Assembly (NCBI GenBank): GCA_044340335.1
Contig: JBIITU010000001.1
Location: forward strand, 1 to 55,136
Length of the DNA stretch: 55,136 bases
From: Steroidobacteraceae bacterium
Lineage (GTDB): Bacteria; Pseudomonadota; Gammaproteobacteria; Steroidobacterales; Steroidobacteraceae
Direction: 5' to 3'
Part shown: positions 8,777-16,994 of the stretch, one piece after another
Position numbering within the stretch: position 1 is the first letter of the stretch
Layout: every line of letters begins with the position of its first letter
Notes under the pieces: generated by a model
The model's database searches: none
What the model was told of the DNA's origin: nothing
Seen by the model: only the letters and a program-made list of their open reading frames with translations
Made by a program: the position numbers and the translations under genes

Positions 8777-10474
8777 TCAGCGAACCTGGGCGATCAGCCC
8801 GGCGCCCTGCACGACGATGCGCGCGCCAGGCTCGATGCCTGCGAGCACGGCGACGCGGTCGCCCGATATCACGCGAGTTCGCACGGTGCGCGGCACGAAC
8901 ACTTCGGCAGCGCGCTTCTCGAACACCACTGTCTCGCCGTTCGTCAGCCGCACCAGTGCGGCTGCAGGCAGCACGAAGCCGGCGGTGGTGACCGTTTGTT
9001 CGAGCCACGCCGTGACCGGCTGACCAACCGTGATGCCCGGCGCAGCGGACGTGAGCTGCAAGCGCACCGGCAGTGCGCCGCCGCTCTGCGCGGCGCCGAC
9101 GCCCGCGAGCGTTGCTTCCAGGGTCGTGCCATCCCGCAGTGACACCGTCGCGCGGCGTACTGCCGCGCGATCGATCGGCGTGAATGCAAGTGCGTCGACG
9201 CCAAGCCGCGCCGGGTCGATGATCGTGATCAGATCGACGCCGGACTGCACGACTTCACCTGGGCGCACATTGAGTGCCGCGATCACGCCGCTGATCGGCG
9301 CGATGATCAGTTCGCCGCCACTGCCGGCCGTGCCGCGCCAGGCCGCGCGCTGCGCGGTCAGGCTCGTCACGCGCGCGCGGGCGGCTTCGACTTCGGCGCG
9401 CGCGACGATGCCTGTGAGCCCCTCGAGGCGCTCGAGTTCGAGTCGCGCCTGCGTCAGTTCCGCCTCCGCGCGCGCCGTCTCGGCGGACGCGCCGGCGCGC
9501 TCCGACGCCGAGCCGCTCGGGGTCAGGGCCAGCAGCGGCTGGCCGCGTTGCACGCGCGCGCCGAGTTCCGGCCAGCCACGCGGGCCCGCGGCGACGCGGC
9601 CGCCCTGCAGGGTCTGCAGCGACGCGCTGGCGCGCGGGTCACCGCTGATTTCGCCGATCAGCTTGATGGAGATCGGCGCCGGACCCTCAGTCGCGACCAG
9701 CGTGCGCACGGCGAGGATGTGCTGGGTCGGCTTCGGCAGGTAGACGCTGCCGTCCGGGGCGCGCATCGGGCGCTGGCCGGTGGTCCCGGCCATCACCGGT
9801 GCGGCAGCTTCTTCTTCGCCATGATCATGGCCTTCGTGCGCGAGCGCGACGCGCGCGCTGCCGCCGACGAGCACGATGGCGGCGATGCCCAGCGTCAGCA
9901 TCAGTGGCGCGGCACTCGCGAGCGCGGTGCCACGGCCACGGCGCGCGCGCAGCGCGAGCGCCGCGAGCAGCGCCAGCACGATCGCGACGCCGCCGGCGAG
10001 CAGCAGTCCGCGCGTGCCCGCATACCAGTGCGAGTGCGCATGTTCTGCATCGGTCGCCGCATCGAGCGTGCCGCCGAGCAGGTCATCGCCGGGTCCGGCG
10101 GCGATCACGAGCTGGAAGTTGACGGCAGCCGCGGTGTCGAAGCCTTCGGGCAGGTCGACGTCATAAACGCCCGGTTCTGCTTCGCGCGCCTGCAGCGGCG
10201 CGAGTTCATCGAGCGTCACTTCGATCTTCGCGCCCGTGACCGGCTCGTTGGTGTCGTAGCGGTCGAGCCAGATCGCGAAGTGATCGCCGTGCGGTTCTAT
10301 GACCGCTTCGTACAGCTCGGAACTCATGACGGCCACGCGTCGCGCGCCGCCGCCCGCGGCGGCTGCCGGCGTGGGCTGCGCCTCTTCGGCGTGGTCGTGG
10401 CCCTCATGGGCGAGCACGGGCAGGGACTGTGCGATGCACAGCGCGAACAACGCGACACGGATCAGGACGGACAT
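8777..10474 (-). CDS. czcB: CzcB-like membrane fusion protein with a roughly 220-aa N-terminal extension
   Basis: The C-terminal approximately 340 aa is an HlyD/MFP fold (coiled-coil AETARAEAELTQARLELERLE, barrel-sandwich). The N-terminus has a signal peptide, a soluble domain and 2 TM helices. The motif HEGHDH occurs twice. The ATG at 10474 has a GAGG 8 nt upstream; a GTG alternative exists at 10483. Confidence 0.85.
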   Translation of the reverse strand: MSVLIRVALFALCIAQSLPVLAHEGHDHAEEAQPTPAAAAGGGARRVAVMSSELYEAVIEPHGDHFAIWLDRYDTNEPVTGAKIEVTLDELAPLQAREAEPGVYDVDLPEGFDTAAAVNFQLVIAAGPGDDLLGGTLDAATDAEHAHSHWYAGTRGLLLAGGVAIVLALLAALALRARRGRGTALASAAPLMLTLGIAAIVLVGGSARVALAHEGHDHGEEEAAAPVMAGTTGQRPMRAPDGSVYLPKPTQHILAVRTLVATEGPAPISIKLIGEISGDPRASASLQTLQGGRVAAGPRGWPELGARVQRGQPLLALTPSGSASERAGASAETARAEAELTQARLELERLEGLTGIVARAEVEAARARVTSLTAQRAAWRGTAGSGGELIIAPISGVIAALNVRPGEVVQSGVDLITIIDPARLGVDALAFTPIDRAAVRRATVSLRDGTTLEATLAGVGAAQSGGALPVRLQLTSAAPGITVGQPVTAWLEQTVTTAGFVLPAAALVRLTNGETVVFEKRAAEVFVPRTVRTRVISGDRVAVLAGIEPGARIVVQGAGLIAQVR

Positions 10475-10541
10475 CGGCAACACCTCGACAGCGAAACGAA
10501 CACGCGGCCCGCGGACGGGCCCGGAATCGCAGCGAGGCGTG

Positions 10542-10994
10542 CTAGATCAGCAGGTGGGTCGTCTGGCCGACGAGGCGTTCGAGGCCGCGTGCATCGACTG
10601 CAGCGGGCGGACGCAGGAATGCGCTGGCGGTGGGTCCGGCAGACGGCACCAGCCATTGATCCAGGGACAATCGCAGGCCGCCGTGGAACAGCAGCTGGGT
10701 ATCGAGAACTGCCGGTGAGGCCGTCGTGGTGCCCGGCGTCTGCGCATCGAGCATCAGGTGATCGCAGGGTCCGGTCGAATCATGGCAGGGCTGCGTGTGC
10801 TCGACCGGCGCGGGATGGTCGTGATCGCTGCAGTCAGTCAGTGCCGATTCGAGATGCGCGCCGTGGCCGGCGTCGTGCAGGCACCACGCCAGCGCGGGCG
10901 CGCTCGCCTGACCCAGGATCGCGACGACGCACAGCAGCAGCCAGTGCCGCAGCAGCGAACGTCGGGAACGGGGCAGGATGCCGGAGGCGCTCAT
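10542..10994 (-). CDS. small secreted Cys/His-rich protein, CzcI-like
   Basis: Trimmed to MSASGILPRSRRSLLRHWLLLCVVAILGQASAPALA. The mature part contains WCLHDAGHGAH, CSDHDHP and CHDSTGPCDH. It sits immediately upstream of czcB, the position czcI occupies in known czc loci. Confidence 0.55.
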   Translation of the reverse strand: MSASGILPRSRRSLLRHWLLLCVVAILGQASAPALAWCLHDAGHGAHLESALTDCSDHDHPAPVEHTQPCHDSTGPCDHLMLDAQTPGTTTASPAVLDTQLLFHGGLRLSLDQWLVPSAGPTASAFLRPPAAVDARGLERLVGQTTHLLI

Positions 10995-11088
10995 GTCGCA
11001 GACATTACGCCAGATCGCCCGGGCAGGGGCAACCTGCCTCACGTTTTGCGCCGGCGGGGCCCCCGTTGCGCCGGCCCTGCCGTGGCGC

Positions 11089-11886
11089 CTATCTGGCCGG
11101 TTTGCGGAAGCGCAGCGTGAACCGGTCGCTGTAGTTGGCGATCGAGGGCCGCGCCGTGTCGAAGCGCAGTTCGTCGTCGGGGCGGTAGTGGAGGTCGCTG
11201 GTGGCATCGAGCACGAAGCCGGCGTCGAGCGCTTCCTTGATGACGAGCACCGGATCGATGCGGCGCCAGTTCTCCACGGTGGTCGGTTCGTTGTGACGGC
11301 GCGTGTGGTCGACGACGCCATAGACGCCGCCCGGCTTCAGCGCGGCAAATACGGCCTTGTTCAGCTGCGCGCGCGTCTCCGGTGTCAGGTTGTGCACGTT
11401 GCGGAACGTCAGGACCATGTCGAGGTCCTTCACGCCGAGGTCGACACTGTCCATCTTGAACACGCCCATCTGCCCGGACGGCTGCGGCGTGGCCTTGGCG
11501 GGCGCAACCTCGACCTTGTCGAGCTTCCATTCCTTGAGTCGCGGCGCAAGGCGGTCGGCACCGATCGCGAGGTAAAGCTTGCCTTCGTCGGCGAGCACCG
11601 GCGCCAGGATCTTCGTGTACCAGCCGCCGGCCGGGAACAGCTCAAGCACGCGCATGTTCGGCTGCAGGCCGAAGAACTCCAGCGTCTGCACCGGCTTGCG
11701 CTCACGCGCATCGCGGGCGCGCTCTTCCGGCGTGCGGATGTCGCTGGCCATGGCGGCCTCGATGCGCTTCGCCACTTCGCTCTTGGGCGGCGGCGGGCCC
11801 ATCTGGGCGCCGGCCTGGGCCGCGCACAAGGCGATACAGGCGGCGAGCAGCAGGCGTGCGATCGGCGTGGACGTGCGGATGCTCAT
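11089..11886 (-). CDS. class I SAM-dependent methyltransferase-fold protein with an N-terminal signal peptide (COG4798-like)
   Basis: MSIRTSTPIARLLLAACIALCAAQAGA looks like a signal peptide. VLELFPAGGWYT resembles a motif-I loop, and ALKPGGVYGVVDH is also present. Its start overlaps the zur stop (ATGA). Confidence 0.8.
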   Translation of the reverse strand: MSIRTSTPIARLLLAACIALCAAQAGAQMGPPPPKSEVAKRIEAAMASDIRTPEERARDARERKPVQTLEFFGLQPNMRVLELFPAGGWYTKILAPVLADEGKLYLAIGADRLAPRLKEWKLDKVEVAPAKATPQPSGQMGVFKMDSVDLGVKDLDMVLTFRNVHNLTPETRAQLNKAVFAALKPGGVYGVVDHTRRHNEPTTVENWRRIDPVLVIKEALDAGFVLDATSDLHYRPDDELRFDTARPSIANYSDRFTLRFRKPAR

Positions 11887-12368
11887 GATGGTTGACTCCC
11901 GGTCGCGCTGGACTGCGCGCAAGTGTTGCAGAGGCCTTTGATCTCGAGCGGCGAGGGCTCGACGTGGAAGCCGGCGGCGCGACAGCGGTCGGCGAGCGCG
12001 CGCTGCAGCGCCGGATCGTCGATCTCGACGACCTTGTGGCAGGTGCGGCAGACCAGGAACTGGCCGACGTGCTCGCGGCGCGGGGCATCGCAGCCGACGA
12101 AGGCGTTCAGCGAGTCGATGCGGTGCACGAGGCCGGCCTCGATCAGGAACTCGAGCGCCCGGTACACGGTGGGCGGCGCGGCCTTGTCGCGCTCCTTGGC
12201 GAGCTCCGCGAGGATGTCATAAGCGCCGATCGGCTCATGCGAGCGCCAGACGATCTCCAACACGCGTTGCCGCACCGGCGTGAGCTTGAGGCCTCGCGCT
12301 GCGCAGATCTCCTCGGCCGTTGCAACGGCGCGGCTGACGCAGGCGGCATGATCGTGACGGCGTGCCAT
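11883..12368 (-). CDS. zur: Zur (Fur-family zinc uptake regulator)
   Basis: 161 aa. Winged helix (TPVRQRVLEIVW...PIGAYDILAEL...TVYRALEFL), C-x-x-C pairs (CRTCHK, CNTC) and an HxH-type site. Trimmed to MARRHDH. Confidence 0.88.
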   Translation of the reverse strand: MARRHDHAACVSRAVATAEEICAARGLKLTPVRQRVLEIVWRSHEPIGAYDILAELAKERDKAAPPTVYRALEFLIEAGLVHRIDSLNAFVGCDAPRREHVGQFLVCRTCHKVVEIDDPALQRALADRCRAAGFHVEPSPLEIKGLCNTCAQSSATGSQPS

Positions 12369-12472
12369 CGGCGCTAAGGTATGCCGCAGGGCAGTCACGC
12401 GCAACCTCGCGCCGGACGGGTCCCGCAGCTGGCCAAGATATTTGCATCGCACGCCACTAGAATCACATCCCT

Positions 12473-13918
12473 ATGGCATTCAGGGATCGGGTTCCCGTCA
12501 CCGTACTGACGGGCTTTCTGGGTTCGGGCAAGACCACCTTGCTGAACCGCATTCTGTCCGAGAACCACGGCAAGCGAATCGCCGTGATCGAGAACGAGTT
12601 CGGCGAGGTCGGCGTCGACCATCAGCTCGTCATCGGCGCCGAAGAGGAGCTGTTCGAGACCAACAACGGCTGCATCTGCTGCACGGTGCGCGGCGACCTG
12701 CTGCGCATCCTCGGACAGCTGCTGAAGCGGCGCGATCGCTTCGACTACGTGATGATCGAGACGACGGGCATGGCCGACCCCGGCCCGGTCGCGCAGACCT
12801 TCTTCCTCGATGACGACTTCAAGAACCAGTTCGTGCTGGACGCGATCGTCACCGTCATCGATGCCAAGCATGTCGAGCAGCATCTCGAGGAGATGACGGA
12901 ACCCAAGGAGCAGGCGGCTTTCGCCGATGTCATCCTGCTGAACAAGACCGATCTCGTCGCGGCATCCGACCTCGAGCGCATCGAGCGCCGCCTGCGCGCG
13001 ATCAATGGCACCGCGAAGATCTTCCGCACCCGCAACTGCGACGTGCCGATCGAGAAAGTGCTGAACGTCGGCGCCTTCGACCTCGAGCGCGCGCTGTCGG
13101 TCGATGGCGCTTTCCTCGAGCCGCAGTATCCGTTCGAGTGGGGCGGTCTGTACGAGCTCGCGGCGGGGCGCCATGTGCTGCGCACGGGTGCGGAGGCGCA
13201 CGCGCACCACGAGCATCACGCACACGAGCACGGCGAGCACTGCGGCCACGACCACCACGACCATTACGAGCACGAGCATGCCGGGGACGCGCACGCCGGC
13301 CATGCGCATGAGCACGGCGGCGGCCTCGGCATCGTGCTGCTGCCGGCGACGGGAACCACGGCGGAAGCGCTGGCCGCGCAGATCGAACCGGCCGTGCGCG
13401 CTTTCGCCGAGGATGGCGTCAGCGTCGACTGTGGCGGCGAAGTCCGCGCCGGGGCCGGCCTCGCGCGCATCGACGTCGGTCACGACGGCAGCCACTTCGA
13501 GCTGCGGGTCGATCAGCCGGGCATCTACGCGCTGTTCTGCGAACACGCGCCGGCCGAGTTCAACCTGCGCATCGATGGGCTGCAGCCCGTCGCGCAACGC
13601 GCGTTCGCGTCGCATCATCATGATGACGAGATTTCCTCGATCGGCATCAGCGACCCGCGGCAGCTCGATCCGAAGAAGGTCAATGACTGGCTGTCGTACC
13701 TGCTGCAGAGCCGCGGCGCAGACATCTTCCGCATGAAGGGCGTGCTGAACCTGCGCGGCGAAGAGCGTCGCTACGTGTTCCACGGCGTGCACATGATGTT
13801 CGACGGCCAGCTCGAGCGCCCCTGGGCCGGGGCGCCGCGACAGAACAGCCTGGTGTTCATCGGTCGCAAGCTCGATCGACAGGAGCTCGAGGCCGGCTTT
13901 CACTCCTGCCTCGCCTGA
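12473..13918 (+). CDS. COG0523/CobW-family G3E GTPase (ZigA/YeiR-like zinc metallochaperone) with a long His-rich insertion
   Basis: Walker [10 protein letters not shown], CxCC motif GCICCT, NKTD, and a CobW_C end ([11 protein letters not shown]...FHGVH). The His-rich run [42 protein letters not shown] is encoded at 13193..13321. Confidence 0.92.
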   Translation: MAFRDRVPVTVLTGFLGSGKTTLLNRILSENHGKRIAVIENEFGEVGVDHQLVIGAEEELFETNNGCICCTVRGDLLRILGQLLKRRDRFDYVMIETTGMADPGPVAQTFFLDDDFKNQFVLDAIVTVIDAKHVEQHLEEMTEPKEQAAFADVILLNKTDLVAASDLERIERRLRAINGTAKIFRTRNCDVPIEKVLNVGAFDLERALSVDGAFLEPQYPFEWGGLYELAAGRHVLRTGAEAHAHHEHHAHEHGEHCGHDHHDHYEHEHAGDAHAGHAHEHGGGLGIVLLPATGTTAEALAAQIEPAVRAFAEDGVSVDCGGEVRAGAGLARIDVGHDGSHFELRVDQPGIYALFCEHAPAEFNLRIDGLQPVAQRAFASHHHDDEISSIGISDPRQLDPKKVNDWLSYLLQSRGADIFRMKGVLNLRGEERRYVFHGVHMMFDGQLERPWAGAPRQNSLVFIGRKLDRQELEAGFHSCLA

Positions 13919-13923
13919 GCCGC

Positions 13924-14970
13924 ATGCAGTCCGCGTTTCTCGAACCCCGCGCGCGCGTGAAGCTCGACGACTACATCGTCGACTTCGCGTGGTCACCCGA
14001 TTCGAGCGCACTCGCAGTAGCGGGCGGCGAGGGCCGCGTCGCGCTCGCGCAGTTCGAGGGCGAATCCATGACCGCACGCACACTCGGCGAGCACATGATG
14101 GGTGCGCTGGCGGTGTCGTGGCAGCCGCGCGCGGCCGGCCAAGGTGGCGATCGCTTCGCCACCAGCGGCCAGGACGGCGCCATCGTGCTGTGGAGCGGCA
14201 CGGACGGCGCGCAGTTGCGCCGCTGGCGACCTGCAATGGCAGCCACGGAGCATCTCGCCTTCGCGCCCGACGGCGCGCGCCTTGCGTCATCCGCGGGTCG
14301 CGTCGTCACGCTGTGGAGCGCCGCGGGTGACAAGCTGCACGAGTTGCCGGCGGCGCCGTCGACCATCGCCGCGCTCGCTTGGGACAAGCCGGGGCGCGAC
14401 CTGGCGGCGGCGGTCAATGGCGGTCTCGTGCTGCATCGGGTCGATGGACCGCAGCCCACGCGCCGGCTGCTGAAGTGGGAGGGCGCTGCGCTGACAGTCG
14501 CGTTCAGTCCGACCGGCAAGGCTGTCGCCTCGGGCATGCAGGATGGTTCCGTGCACTTCTGGTATCTCGCGAACAACCGCGATTCGCAGATGCGCGGCTA
14601 TCCAGGCCGCGTCACGCAGGCGATCTGGAGCCACAACGGCCGCTGGCTCGCGACCGGTGCGGGCGAGTCCATCGTGATCTGGGATTTCGGCGGCAAGGGT
14701 CCGGAGGGCTCGAAGCCGCTGCAGTTGCGCGGCCACACCGATCGGGTCGAGGCGCTCGCGTTCCAGCCGGCCGGGCCTTACCTGGTGTCCGGCGGCCGCG
14801 ACTGGCGCGTGTCGCTGTGGCTGCCCGGCAAGGCCGAGCAGGCGCTGGATGCCCATCTGGCCGATGCCGAGGTGTCTGCCATTCGCTGGGCGCCCGACAA
14901 CCGCCATGTCGCGGTGGGCGAGCGCGAAGGCATGCTGACGGTCTACGAGCTGGTGCAGGCGGCGCGCTGA
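13924..14970 (+). CDS. WD40-repeat beta-propeller protein
   Basis: Repeated units such as FSPDG/WSPDS...LA(S/T)GG.DG.V.LW. It starts 5 nt after the COG0523 stop. Confidence 0.85.
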   Translation: MQSAFLEPRARVKLDDYIVDFAWSPDSSALAVAGGEGRVALAQFEGESMTARTLGEHMMGALAVSWQPRAAGQGGDRFATSGQDGAIVLWSGTDGAQLRRWRPAMAATEHLAFAPDGARLASSAGRVVTLWSAAGDKLHELPAAPSTIAALAWDKPGRDLAAAVNGGLVLHRVDGPQPTRRLLKWEGAALTVAFSPTGKAVASGMQDGSVHFWYLANNRDSQMRGYPGRVTQAIWSHNGRWLATGAGESIVIWDFGGKGPEGSKPLQLRGHTDRVEALAFQPAGPYLVSGGRDWRVSLWLPGKAEQALDAHLADAEVSAIRWAPDNRHVAVGEREGMLTVYELVQAAR

Positions 14971-15066
14971 AAAGAAATCCGCGCGACGCGTCATGCCGGG
15001 GCTGGCTCGGCCGTCATGTCAGCAGGCGACGCAGTGTCGCCACGCAAGTTCCCAACGGAGAAAGAC

Positions 15067-15420
15067 ATGGCGAAGTTCCTGTTCCTGCTGCATGAGAACC
15101 CGGCCCAGTACGTCGGCATGAGCGCCGCCGAGATGGGCCAGATCATCGAGCGCTACGCGGCCTGGGCCGAGGGCCTCGCGGCGCGCGGCCAGCTTGCCGG
15201 TGGCGAGAAGCTTGCCGACGACGGTGGTCGCCAGCTGCGGCGCACGGCTGCCGGCGTGCTGGCGGTCGACGGTCCGTACACCGAGGCCAAGGACGTGATC
15301 GGCGGCTTCTTCATCGTCGAGGCGCAGTCGCTCGCAGCCGCCGAACTGCTCGCGCACGACTGCCCGCATCTCACCGGTGACAACTGGATCGAAGTGCGTG
15401 CGATCGAGTCCGTCGGCTGA
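15067..15420 (+). CDS. YCII-related / DGPF-domain protein
   Basis: MAKFLFLLHENP...VDGPYTEAKDVIGGFFIVEA is the DGPF(A)ETKE signature. GGAG lies upstream of the ATG at 15067. Confidence 0.85.
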   Translation: MAKFLFLLHENPAQYVGMSAAEMGQIIERYAAWAEGLAARGQLAGGEKLADDGGRQLRRTAAGVLAVDGPYTEAKDVIGGFFIVEAQSLAAAELLAHDCPHLTGDNWIEVRAIESVG

Positions 15421-16723
15421 AGCAGCGGCGCCCGGCGCGCTCGAGGCGGTGTTTCGCCGCGAGCGCGGCCGGCTGGTCGCGTTGCTGACGCGGCGCTACG
15501 GCCTCGGACGCCTCGCTGATGCGGAAGACGCCGTGCAGGGCGCGATGATCGCGGCGCTGCGGCGCTGGCCCTTCGACGGCATCCCGGCCAATCCCGCTGG
15601 CTGGCTGTATCGCGCCGCGTCGCGTCTGCTGATCGACCAGCTGCGCCGTGCTGCACCGCTGCTCGATGGCGACGCGGCGCTCGAAGTCATCGCTGCGCTG
15701 CCGGATGACGCTGCAGCGGATGGCGTGCAGTTCGCTGCGGAACTCGGCGACGACGAGCTGCGCCTGCTGTTCGCGTTGTGCCACCCGAGCCTGCCGCTCG
15801 AGTCGCAGCTCGCGCTGGCACTGCACAGCATGGGCCCGCTCGGGCTGCGCGAGCTCGCCGCGGCGTTGTTCACGACCGAGAGCGCGCTGGCGCAGCGCCT
15901 GGCGCGCGCGCGGCGCGCGTTGCTCGCGGCCGGCGTGTCGCTGGACCTGCCCGCGCCTGCGGCACTGCTGGCGCGACGCCGCGCGGTGCTGACGGCGCTC
16001 TATCTGCTGTTCGGCGAGGGTTACCAGAGCGCTGCAGGCGTGCACTACCTGCGTGCCGACCTGTGCGAGGAAGCGTTGCGCCTTGCGCGTGGGCTGGCCG
16101 AGCATCCGCTGCTCGGCGACGGCGAAGCCGACGCGCTGGTGGCGTTGATGCTGCTGCAGTCGGCGCGACTCGCGACGCGGTTGCCCGCCGACGGACGACC
16201 GCTGCTGCTGGCTGAGCAGGACAGGTCGCAGTGGGACAAGGGACGGATCGCGCTCGCGCACCGCTACCTGGAGCGGGCGCAACGCGCGGGCGAGCTGTCG
16301 AGCCTGCATCTGCAGGCGGCGATCGCCGCCGAGCATGCGACCGCGCCCGCGCTCGATGCGACCCGCTGGGCGCGCATCCTGCACTGGTATGAAACGCTGT
16401 GTCGCATCGACCCATCGCCGCCGGTGCGGCTCGGCCATGCGATCGCCACCGCCGAAGTGCATGGTGCGGCAGCGGGGCTTGAGCTGCTCGACCTGATGCT
16501 GTCGGAGGCGGGCGCTGCGCCCCGCGGGACGGCGGCGCCGTTCCTGCAGGCGGCCCGCGCCGAGTTGCTGGGACGTTTGGGCCACGCCGACGCCGCGCTG
16601 GCGGCCTGCGACGCGGCGATCGCCGCTGCGCGCTCGGCCACGGAGCGCGAGCTGCTGCTGCGCCGTCGCGCGGCGCTTGTCATATCGCCCGGCGCGCGTG
16701 CGCCCGGTCACGAAATGCGCTGA
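15377..16723 (+). CDS. ECF sigma factor with a long C-terminal TPR-like extension (ECF42-type)
   Basis: Sigma-2 region (AEDAVQGAMIAALRRW...NPAGWLYRAASRLLIDQLRR) and sigma-4 region (LREL/ALFTTESALAQRLARARRAL), followed by about 250 aa of helical extension. The start is uncertain and overlaps the DGPF gene. Confidence 0.8.
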   Translation: MTTGSKCVRSSPSAEAAAPGALEAVFRRERGRLVALLTRRYGLGRLADAEDAVQGAMIAALRRWPFDGIPANPAGWLYRAASRLLIDQLRRAAPLLDGDAALEVIAALPDDAAADGVQFAAELGDDELRLLFALCHPSLPLESQLALALHSMGPLGLRELAAALFTTESALAQRLARARRALLAAGVSLDLPAPAALLARRRAVLTALYLLFGEGYQSAAGVHYLRADLCEEALRLARGLAEHPLLGDGEADALVALMLLQSARLATRLPADGRPLLLAEQDRSQWDKGRIALAHRYLERAQRAGELSSLHLQAAIAAEHATAPALDATRWARILHWYETLCRIDPSPPVRLGHAIATAEVHGAAAGLELLDLMLSEAGAAPRGTAAPFLQAARAELLGRLGHADAALAACDAAIAAARSATERELLLRRRAALVISPGARAPGHEMR

Positions 16724-16787
16724 GCCGATCAACCGTCCGCGCGCTGCCGCGTTCCGGTCTGCAACGACACTGAACGGAGCGCCCGCC

Positions 16788-16994
16788 ATGTTGATCCGCA
16801 CGACCCTGGTTCTGCTCGCCGCAACGCTGCTGAGCGGCTGCGTCGTGTCGTTCGCGCCCGAGAGCGCTGCGGCGCCGACCGCGCGTGCGCTCGTGATCGA
16901 GGCGCAGCGGCACGAGGGCCTGCTGGCGCTTGGCGTGCAGTCGGCCGACCCGTCAACCGCCGTCGAGCTCGCTGGCATTGTCGCCGCCCGCTGA
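16788..16994 (+). CDS. small putative lipoprotein (68 aa)
   Basis: MLIRTTLVLLAATLLSGC has a lipobox. Its tail overlaps the convergent CNNM gene by 42 nt. Confidence 0.4.
   Translation: MLIRTTLVLLAATLLSGCVVSFAPESAAAPTARALVIEAQRHEGLLALGVQSADPSTAVELAGIVAAR

Noticed and set aside
5619-9008. N-terminal extensions in ORF-track entries for czcA (to 9008), the His-rich protein (to 5755), the CzcI-like protein (to 11321), zur (to 12452), dinB (to 40674), fadE (to 44026), purT (to 53555), crp (to 40333), the ECF sigma (to 47447), the kinase (to 28430) and others.
   Set aside because: The extensions are Arg-rich, overlap the upstream gene and precede canonical family N-termini that have their own start codons and often an SD. 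I trimmed the features accordingly.
12369-12472. The expected Zur box in the zur/COG0523 divergent intergenic region.
   Set aside because: I looked for an AT-rich 7-1-7 or GTAATGTTATAACATTAC-like palindrome and found none. Only a TAGAAT -10-like hexamer and a TTGCAT element are present. Zur regulation here remains an inference, so no site is annotated.
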